Below, piece by piece: positions 18,545 through 24,659 of a DNA stretch of 24,659 bases (within the stretch, counting starts at the first letter, position 1; each line of letters begins with the position of its first letter). Both the position numbers and the translations under genes were made by a program. Source of the DNA: a virus (lineage: Duplodnaviria > Caudoviricetes); the IMG/VR virus record IMGVR_UViG_3300033562_000132, positions 1 through 24,659 of that record; one strand, 5' to 3'. Below the pieces are notes generated by a model that ran no database searches, was not told the origin of the DNA, and worked only from the letters and a program-made list of their open reading frames with translations.

Positions 18545-18796
18545 GGAACAAGGTATTTTTGGAACAAGCGTAAAAATGAAAATTGGAACGTAAAATTTTC
18601 GTTCCAATTTTCGTTCCACTCTTGTTCCGTCAACAAAGCCACCAAATCCACTATACTATAGTAAGCTGGAACAAGGAACAAGAATATATATATAAAGATA
18701 TAAGTACATATATACCTTGTTCTAGGGTATGGGGAAATATAAAAGGGGGTATTATTACCTCTATAGGAAAAGCTGTTCCGCTTGTTCCCTTGTTCC
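18531..18796. repeat. Putative replication origin: direct and inverted GGAAC(AAG) iterons around an AT-rich tract
   Basis: Forward copies at 18531, 18545, 18561, 18585, 18668, 18675; reverse copies at 18600, 18612, 18621, 18716, 18773, 18781, 18789; perfect 13-bp inverted repeat 18578-18590/18600-18612; AT-rich tract ~18683-18714. Confidence 0.8.
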
Positions 18797-18809
18797 ACAG
18801 GAGGTAAAA

Positions 18810-19109
18810 ATGCTAGAAAAAGCTATCGAGGCTAGGCTACGAAAAAAGCTAACAGGTCTGTTTTTAAAATTTGTTAGCCCCGGATGCACAGGCGTGCCAG
18901 ACAGGATACACATACACCAAGGTAAGGTAGTATTCATAGAACTAAAACAACCTAACGGTGTTCTATCACCTAGACAAGTCTATATGATAGAGCAGCTACG
19001 AAAAGAAAAAGCTAATGTGATTGTCGTAGCTTCCAGCGAAGAGGCCGACAGATACATAGAGGAGGATAAAAGATGGAGTTCAAGCCACACGGATATCAAC
19101 AAAAAATGA
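18810..19109 (+). CDS. VRR-NUC domain nuclease
   Basis: MLEKAIE, KFVSPG..GVPDRI, FIELK, LSPRQ; ATG 18810 follows AGGAGG (the track's start at 18729 lies inside the origin). Confidence 0.9.
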   Translation: MLEKAIEARLRKKLTGLFLKFVSPGCTGVPDRIHIHQGKVVFIELKQPNGVLSPRQVYMIEQLRKEKANVIVVASSEEADRYIEEDKRWSSSHTDINKK

Positions 19110-20404
19110 TAGACTTCATAGGCAAGGGCAGCCCGGTAGCATTATGGGCGGACATGGGTCTAGGGAAAACAGTTACAGTGCTGACGGCCATAAATGAAAG
19201 AGTGTTTGACAAGTGTCTACCCACAAAGGTACTCGTACTAGCTCCCAAGCTAGTGGCTGAGGAGACTTGGCTAGCAGAGCAGCAGAAGTGGGACCACTTA
19301 AGGTTTTTGAAAGTTGCAGTCGTAGCAGGTACGCCAGCTAGACGTCGTAAGATACTCGAGGAGCGCCACGACGTGTATGTCATGTGCCGTAACAATATAA
19401 CGTGGCTTATGTCAGAGTACATCAAAGTCAAGAATGGCAAGTGGACCTTCTCGAGGCCGTGGCCATTCAATGTGGTAGTACTCGACGAGAGCAGCGCATT
19501 CAAGAATCCGACTGGGTCATGGTTTCGTACAATGACTAAGATACTAAGAGCAGGTCCACAGATAATCGAGTTGACCGGGACGCCGTCTCCCTCTAATCTT
19601 GGGGACTTATGGGGTCAGGTATATCTACTCGATAAAGGGCTCAGGCTCGAGAATGGTATAGGTAAGTTCAGAAACAAGTACCTAGAGCCAGATAAGATGG
19701 GTCCTAACGGTATCGTGTACTCCTACAAGGCTAGACCGTTGGCGTATGAGGCAGCTATGATACGATGCGCGGATTGCTGTTTAAGTCTTAAGGCGGAGGA
19801 CTGGTTGAAGATGCCAGATAGGATAGACAATATCATTAAGGTGGACATACCTAGAGACTTTTATGAGACATTCAAACGAGATTCGGTCATAGGAGACGTT
19901 ACAGCCGGTGACCCAGCACAAATGGTCAATAAGTTACTCCAGATAGCCAATGGACGTGTTTACGACGTCGATAGGGGTATTGTAGAGGTACACGACGCGA
20001 AAATAGAAGCACTAAAAGAGATAGTCGATGGGAAACCTATACTTGTGTTCTATAATTTCATTCACGATAAGGACGCGATTATGGCAGCATTTGACTTTGC
20101 CGAGGAGTTAGATGTTAAAAGATGGAATACGGGTCAATGTAAAATGATGCTAGCACATCCAGCGTCGGCGGGTCATGGCCTTAACCTACAAGGTGGAGGT
20201 AATATCATCGTATGGTATGGCGTACCCTACAACCTAGAGTGGTACCAACAGGCCAACGCGAGACTTTACAGACAAGGACAAAAGGAGCCGTCAGTGATTA
20301 TACATCACCTCATAGCGGCAAATACCGAAGAGGAAAAGGTAGTTGAAGCTCTAACACGTAAAGATACCAACCAACGCATCGTGTTAGACTCTGTCAAGCT
20401 ATGA
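19073..20404 (+). CDS. SNF2-family (SF2) helicase
   Basis: DMGLGKT, LDESS, LTGTP, GHGLNLQ, QQANARLYRQGQ. Confidence 0.93.
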   Translation: MEFKPHGYQQKMIDFIGKGSPVALWADMGLGKTVTVLTAINERVFDKCLPTKVLVLAPKLVAEETWLAEQQKWDHLRFLKVAVVAGTPARRRKILEERHDVYVMCRNNITWLMSEYIKVKNGKWTFSRPWPFNVVVLDESSAFKNPTGSWFRTMTKILRAGPQIIELTGTPSPSNLGDLWGQVYLLDKGLRLENGIGKFRNKYLEPDKMGPNGIVYSYKARPLAYEAAMIRCADCCLSLKAEDWLKMPDRIDNIIKVDIPRDFYETFKRDSVIGDVTAGDPAQMVNKLLQIANGRVYDVDRGIVEVHDAKIEALKEIVDGKPILVFYNFIHDKDAIMAAFDFAEELDVKRWNTGQCKMMLAHPASAGHGLNLQGGGNIIVWYGVPYNLEWYQQANARLYRQGQKEPSVIIHHLIAANTEEEKVVEALTRKDTNQRIVLDSVKL

Positions 20405-20685
20405 CGCCGGCGCAAATGGTGTACCTCCATCGTAGGGGACACACCCTAGATAAGATAGCTACTAAGTCAGGGCTATCTAGGTATCAGGTACATAGAGCCA
20501 TTGTAAAAGAACGATGGAAGCAAGGCGAGGTTGTTATTTCGGAGGTAGAGCTGCGTAAGATGGTTAAGGATGGATTGACCGTCAGACAGATGGCCGATAA
20601 ACACTTGTGTTCGATAGGATGTATATCAAAAAAGATAAAAAAATACGGGGTCAAAGTTCGACCCCGTGGAAATCCTAATTTATGA
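20401..20685 (+). CDS. Tandem HTH DNA-binding protein (possible late regulator)
   Basis: Two HTH-like repeats, GHTLDKIATKSGLSRYQV and GLTVRQMADKHLCSIGCI; last gene of the replication operon. Confidence 0.65.
   Translation: MTPAQMVYLHRRGHTLDKIATKSGLSRYQVHRAIVKERWKQGEVVISEVELRKMVKDGLTVRQMADKHLCSIGCISKKIKKYGVKVRPRGNPNL
20637..20667 (-). terminator. Intrinsic terminator of the minus-strand operon, embedded in the convergent HTH gene
   Basis: Minus strand reads ACGGGGTC-GAACTTT-GACCCCGT-A-TTTTTTT, 25 nt after the stop of ORF 20693..20890. Confidence 0.75.
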
Positions 20686-20692
20686 TATAGAC

Positions 20693-20890
20693 CTAATCTT
20701 TAAGGTAGTAGGCAGCATATCGGCCTAACTCGTTGTTGCAGCATTTGTAGCTATTAATAAATTTATCGAAGTCGCCTTCGACTTTGTGGGCCATTATCCA
20801 AGCGTTTTCTACCCTAGTTTTACAAGGTAGCACCCATACAGACTTTCCGGCTTTGTGCGCCTTACGTGCTGTAGTTTTAAATACTTTCAT
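20693..20890 (-). CDS. Hypothetical protein (inverted operon gene 4)
   Basis: AAGGAGG RBS; overlaps the upstream gene. Confidence 0.7.
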   Translation of the reverse strand: MKVFKTTARKAHKAGKSVWVLPCKTRVENAWIMAHKVEGDFDKFINSYKCCNNELGRYAAYYLKD

Positions 20891-21212
20891 ATAATCCTCC
20901 TTCTAAGTCAGCCTCATACTGTAGGGCAGACTCTATTTCTATTGGTGTATCTCCTCTATCAGCGAACTCAGGATAAGGGATGAACTCGTCTAGGATGAAG
21001 ATACCTACTTCTACAGGGTAACCGGACACCCTAACATTAATAACTTTTGGAGCAGGATAGGTCCTAGAGTAATTTATCCCACATATTGACATGTGGGAGG
21101 TTTTCTCTGGGGCCTTTGTGTTACGTGCGAATGTCTCGGCCTCGTCGAGTGTCTTAAACGAATGGCTCTCTAATTTCTCAAAGCTAAAATCCCAGTACGA
21201 TAGTCTCATCAC
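20877..21212 (-). CDS. Hypothetical protein with acidic C-terminus (inverted operon gene 3)
   Basis: GAGGAGG RBS; GTG 21212 or ATG 21209 start. Confidence 0.7.
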   Translation of the reverse strand: MMRLSYWDFSFEKLESHSFKTLDEAETFARNTKAPEKTSHMSICGINYSRTYPAPKVINVRVSGYPVEVGIFILDEFIPYPEFADRGDTPIEIESALQYEADLEGGLYESI

Positions 21213-21215
21213 TTT

Positions 21216-21338
21216 TTACTCCTCCTCTTCGCACATATCCAACAAGTAGAGCTCTACGCTTGTAGCGGCTTCATCAACAGCGTTGTAATAATGGTTTAAA
21301 AACGCGTTGATTATTTGCCTTTTCATGTTTTGGGTCAT
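21216..21338 (-). CDS. 40-aa acidic peptide (inverted operon gene 2; below the ORF-track cutoff)
   Basis: AGGAGG RBS at 21351-21346; MTQNMKRQIINAFLNHYYNAVDEAATSVELYLLDMCEEEE; fills the gap between its neighbours. Confidence 0.7.
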   Translation of the reverse strand: MTQNMKRQIINAFLNHYYNAVDEAATSVELYLLDMCEEEE

Positions 21339-21377
21339 ATAAATTCCTCCTACGTTTCGAGCCCGTCGGCTATATAA

Positions 21378-21418
21378 AACCATCGGAGGGAGTCGAACCC
21401 TCCCAGACCATTATGGTT
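21378..21418 (-). other. tRNA T-arm-like stem-loop in an intergenic region
   Basis: Minus strand: AACCAT-AATGGTCTG-GGAGGG-TTCGACT-CCCTCC-G-ATGGTT; canonical GGTTCGACTCC T-loop, no D or anticodon arm. Confidence 0.55.
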
Positions 21419-21635
21419 AACAAGATGCTACTATATAATTATTTTTTAAATCAAAGGATAGCACGAAGTAATTATTTGAATTAATATCTTCCACTTGGTA
21501 ATTTCCAAGAAATTCGGTAACTATCACATCTGTGTCGGATAACGCCTTGAACATGTGCACTATTCTTTTAACCGCTTGTTCTAGGTTGTCAAAAGCCCTA
21601 CCGTCTAAATATCTCCTAGTATCATTGAAATTCAT
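21417..21635 (-). CDS. Hypothetical protein (inverted operon gene 1)
   Basis: ATG 21635 follows AAGGAGG; first gene after promoter P3. Confidence 0.75.
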   Translation of the reverse strand: MNFNDTRRYLDGRAFDNLEQAVKRIVHMFKALSDTDVIVTEFLGNYQVEDINSNNYFVLSFDLKNNYIVASC

Positions 21636-21671
21636 TTTGTTTTCCTCCTTCGAAACTATCAAATTAACAAC

Positions 21672-21700
21672 ATCATAGCATATGACGCATAATGCGTCAA
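21672..21700 (-). promoter_or_regulatory. sigmaA/sigma70 promoter P3 with perfect palindromic operator (21683-21699)
   Basis: Minus strand TTGACG-17 bp-TATGAT, 28/29 identical to P2; operator TGACGCAT-N-ATGCGTCA. Confidence 0.9.
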
Positions 21701-21736
21701 TAGCTATTTATTGCAAAATGGAAAATATTTTTAGAG

Positions 21737-21742
21737 TATAAT
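21737..21742 (+). promoter_or_regulatory. Possible -10 box of the late (packaging) promoter
   Basis: TATAAT 30 bp upstream of the terS ATG in AT-rich DNA; no -35 at 17 bp (TTGCAA is 20 bp away). Confidence 0.4.
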
Positions 21743-21772
21743 CAGAGGTACCATAAAGGAGGCGGTTTATCG

Positions 21773-22255
21773 ATGGAAAAAGAGTTTGGACGCTACAGAA
21801 TTAAGAACGCACAAGATATGCAGCAGCGTGTCGACGCATACTTTCGCGCATGTGATACAAACATGGAAACGAGGCTCGTCGGTACGGGAATGAACGCTGC
21901 AATTATGACTGTTCCAGAGCCTAAGACCTACACATGGACAGGCCTTGCGCTGGCAGTTGGATTAACCAGTCGAACAGCTTTACTCAATTACTATAACAGA
22001 GACGAGTACCACGAAGTATTGCTCGAAGCCAAGATGCGCATTAAGGACCAATGGGAAGGAAAGCTAGCTAGGTTAGGTAATAATAGTGGGGTTATATTCA
22101 ACTTAACCAACAGTCAGGACGCTGAGGACACATGGTCCAATAAACAGGACGTTAACTTAGGAGGACAGCCAGACAACCCAGTAAAGGTAGAATCACAATT
22201 AAGCATAGAGCAGCTACGCAAGATTAAAGAGGTGTTGGGAAATGGACCCGTATAA
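21773..22255 (+). CDS. terS: Terminase small subunit (P22 gp3-like DNA-packaging protein)
   Basis: TWTGLALAVG..SRTALLNY, AKMRI, GVIFNLTN...WSNKQDV pattern; directly upstream of and overlapping terL. Confidence 0.85.
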   Translation: MEKEFGRYRIKNAQDMQQRVDAYFRACDTNMETRLVGTGMNAAIMTVPEPKTYTWTGLALAVGLTSRTALLNYYNRDEYHEVLLEAKMRIKDQWEGKLARLGNNSGVIFNLTNSQDAEDTWSNKQDVNLGGQPDNPVKVESQLSIEQLRKIKEVLGNGPV

Positions 22256-23726
22256 TATCAATGATGTGTCAGAGGAGCTAGCGCGTCAGAGCTATTGGGA
22301 TTATGTAGAGTATGTACATGAGGGTAGATGGTTACCGGCTACATACCTTCTCTACGCCTGCAACATTGTGCAGGACTTTATAGAGGGAAGGCTAGGACCG
22401 GCTAAAATACTTTGCATATCAATGCCTCCACAGCATGGCAAGTCGATGTCACTGACAGAGACACTACCGAGCTGGTATATCGCCAAGTATAAGACCAAGC
22501 GAGTTATAGAGATTAGTTACTCCGAGGACTTTGCCCAAAAGTTTGGGCGTAGGAATAGAGAGAAGGTATCAAGGTTTGGCTCTAAACTATTCGGAGCGCA
22601 GCTTTCTAAGTCTACCCAGAGTATGACCGAGTGGGAGCTTGAGAACGGCGTAGGAGGTATGCTATCCCGGGGGTTAGGCGGAGCTATAACAGGAAACCCA
22701 GCAGACCTTATCATCATTGACGACCCAGTTAAAAATCGACAAGAGGCAGAGAGTGAAGTCTATCGCGAGCGGGTATGGGATGAATGGCTCAATTCTATAC
22801 GCACGAGGCTGCAAGCTCAAGGCCTTGTAATCATTGTAATGACACGATGGCACGAGGATGACCTAGTAGCACGTATCCTCAAGAATGAGGGCGACCGAGC
22901 TATGTACATCAACATACCGTGCGAGGCGGAAGAGGACGACCCACTATTTCGCGAAGTAGGCGACGCGCTAGGTGTAGAGCTAGGCAAGGACAACGAATGG
23001 CTCAAGGAGTTTAAAAAGGTTTACCTCACAAAAGAAGGCTCGAGAGTGTGGAACTCTCTATTTCAGGGTAGACCAACAGCAGCAGAGGGAAATATCTTCA
23101 AGCGTGCATGGATGCGGTATTACCCAGAGCGTTTAGAGTTTTACGACGAGTATATCCAGTCATGGGACTGCGCGTTCAAGGACGAATCAGACTCAGACTT
23201 TGTAGCAGGCCAAGTATGGGGGAGGAGAGGAGCTAACTACTATCTACTCGATAGGGTAAAAGAGCGGATGAATCTACCAGAGACATGCTACGCAATAGAG
23301 CAAATGACATCCAAGTGGCCTAAGACGTCGGCCAAGCTAGTAGAGGACAAGGCCAATGGACCAGCGGTCATCCAGATATTACAGACACTCATACCCGGGC
23401 TTATACCTATTAACCCGGACGGAGGCAAGGTAGCTAGGGCCAATGCGGTGTCACCATCCTTTGAGTCAGGCAACGTGTATCTACCGGATGCAAGCATAGC
23501 ACCTTGGGTAGTGGAATATGTGGACGAGCTATGTGCCTTTCCTAATGGCACGAATGACGACGAGGTGGATGCTACGACGCAGGTACTCAATAGGCTTATG
23601 TACTATAGCAACCTAGGCCAAGAGCCACAAGGTCCTCCACAGAATCATGAGGAGGCTCTACAACGTAGAGTGCAGGAACAAATAAAGCATTTGACCAACA
23701 AGAAGAGAGGATTGACGCAGATATGA
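22242..23726 (+). CDS. terL: Terminase large subunit
   Basis: MPPQHGKS (Walker A), IIIDDP (Walker B), MTRWHEDDL, SWDCAFK, VEDKANG, NDDEVDA (RNase H-fold nuclease). Confidence 0.95.
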   Translation: MDPYNINDVSEELARQSYWDYVEYVHEGRWLPATYLLYACNIVQDFIEGRLGPAKILCISMPPQHGKSMSLTETLPSWYIAKYKTKRVIEISYSEDFAQKFGRRNREKVSRFGSKLFGAQLSKSTQSMTEWELENGVGGMLSRGLGGAITGNPADLIIIDDPVKNRQEAESEVYRERVWDEWLNSIRTRLQAQGLVIIVMTRWHEDDLVARILKNEGDRAMYINIPCEAEEDDPLFREVGDALGVELGKDNEWLKEFKKVYLTKEGSRVWNSLFQGRPTAAEGNIFKRAWMRYYPERLEFYDEYIQSWDCAFKDESDSDFVAGQVWGRRGANYYLLDRVKERMNLPETCYAIEQMTSKWPKTSAKLVEDKANGPAVIQILQTLIPGLIPINPDGGKVARANAVSPSFESGNVYLPDASIAPWVVEYVDELCAFPNGTNDDEVDATTQVLNRLMYYSNLGQEPQGPPQNHEEALQRRVQEQIKHLTNKKRGLTQI

Positions 23727-23899
23727 TAGAGGCAGTAGCAATCGTAGCTTTAACGGGTGTTATACTCATACAACAGAGGTTTATAGGAAAGCTGCTCGAC
23801 AGAGTGCAGGCCAAGGACTTTCCGGAGTACAAAGCACTAGAAAAGAAACATAAGGTACCAGAGCCAAAGGCTCCCAAGGAAGAGTTAGAACAATTATAG
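23723..23899 (+). CDS. 58-aa protein with N-terminal hydrophobic helix (below the ORF-track cutoff)
   Basis: ATGA overlap with the terL stop; MIEAVAIVALTGVILIQQRFIGKLLDRVQAKDFPEYK...EELEQL; its stop overlaps the next RBS. Confidence 0.7.
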   Translation: MIEAVAIVALTGVILIQQRFIGKLLDRVQAKDFPEYKALEKKHKVPEPKAPKEELEQL

Positions 23900-23908
23900 G
23901 AGGATATC

Positions 23909-24103
23909 ATGAAAGAGAAAAGTTTATATCTGTACAGAGCAGAGCAGGGCAACGTCCATACGTACGTAGTGGCAGAGGACGACGCAGGCGCTCAAGCAGC
24001 GGCAGCCGAAAAGCTACCAATACTCGCGGTCATCGGATGCGGCGTAGAGTGCATCAACGAAGTAGACGGCTTTAACATCATACCTAAAAGCATATTAGAC
24101 TAG
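23909..24103 (+). CDS. Hypothetical protein
   Basis: AGGAGG RBS; 64 aa between terL and portal. Confidence 0.7.
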   Translation: MKEKSLYLYRAEQGNVHTYVVAEDDAGAQAAAAEKLPILAVIGCGVECINEVDGFNIIPKSILD

Positions 24104-24114
24104 GAGGGTAGCCA

Positions 24115-24659
24115 ATGGACCAGACAACAAAACAACTAGAACGCGTAGCGCTAGTGGATGAACGGTCAAAGCAGGGCGAGCACTCAGACGAGGACATCAA
24201 CTCGTATAAGCAGCTAGCCTACTACACCGGTAATCAGTGGATAGCCATGAACAAACAGACCAAGACGATAGTACCTCTACCAAAGGAGGACTACCAAGTG
24301 CAGTACGTGGCGAATCGCATCATGCCCTCAGTGCGTACGGAGCTAGCCAAGGTAATGCGTAACAAACTAACAAAGAAGGTCATACCAGCTACGACCGAGG
24401 ATGCAGATGTGCGCGCAGCACGCCTTGCCGAGAAGGTGGTAGAGTGGTTAGAGTACGACCTCAAACTACAGGAAATCGATGAAGAGGCCATTATGTGGAC
24501 ACTAGTCACACGTATAGGCTTCGTTAAACCAGTGTGGAACCCTAACAAGGGCGTTATCATAGCTACAGAAGATGGAAAGCAAATCAAACAAGGTGATGCA
24601 GACATCGAGGTCCTAAACCTATTCGAGCTCAAGTGGGACAAGTCGGCTAGCAAGTGGGA
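24115..24659 (+). CDS. Portal protein, P22-like (3'-truncated; absent from the ORF track)
   Basis: AGGAGG RBS then an ORF open to the window end: YYTGNQW, ANRIMPSV, PATTEDADVRAA, IGFVKPVWNP, IEVLNLFELKWD; positioned after the terminase. Confidence 0.8.
   Translation, partial: MDQTTKQLERVALVDERSKQGEHSDEDINSYKQLAYYTGNQWIAMNKQTKTIVPLPKEDYQVQYVANRIMPSVRTELAKVMRNKLTKKVIPATTEDADVRAARLAEKVVEWLEYDLKLQEIDEEAIMWTLVTRIGFVKPVWNPNKGVIIATEDGKQIKQGDADIEVLNLFELKWDKSASKW

Noticed and set aside
18541-18807. ORFs 18541..18798 (-), 18583..18807 (+) and the 18729 extension of VRR-NUC
   Set aside because: They run through the iteron and AT-rich origin; the RBS supports a start at 18810.
20767-20788. TCGAAG-TCGC-CTTCGA hairpin as plus-strand terminator of the replication operon
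   Set aside because: Short stem and poor U-tract; insufficient support.
21331-21340. TGGGTCATAT matching half of the operator/promoter repeat
   Set aside because: Only a half site with no matching left arm; may be chance.
21352-21372. Hammerhead-ribozyme-like CCGACGG...CGAAAC on the minus strand
   Set aside because: Core deviates from CUGANGA, there is no room for stem II and no stem III partner was found.
21378-21418. Complete tRNA gene
   Set aside because: Only ~41 nt; lacks D and anticodon arms and CCA. Kept only as a tRNA-like element.
23712-23719. TTGACGCA as a fourth copy of the promoter
   Set aside because: No second operator arm and no -10 at 17 bp; lies in terL coding sequence.

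Overview
A 24.7-kb segment of a tailed phage or prophage that probably infects a Firmicutes/Bacillota host, judging by the AGGAGG RBSs and sigmaA-type TG-extended promoters. The P22-type portal suggests a podovirus-like virion. From left to right: (1) the 3' part of a giant polyvalent protein (>2,400 aa: HExxH zincin, two ADP-ribosyltransferase-like domains, JAB/RadC, ParB-like, LPD38) closing one transcription unit; (2) an early/replication region (XRE HTH, DUF2800 Cas4-like nuclease, DUF2815 SSB, small accessory genes, C5 DNA methyltransferase, family A DNA polymerase, primase-VirE helicase, GGAACAAG iteron origin, VRR-NUC, SNF2 helicase); (3) an inverted operon of four small genes; (4) the start of the packaging module (TerS, TerL, portal). 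Non-coding signals include three near-identical promoters each overlapped by a 17-bp palindromic operator, a candidate ~55-nt anti-RBS sRNA, a tRNA T-arm-like element, and apparent complete absence of GATC and CCWGG. All family assignments come from motif recognition by eye; no database search was run.
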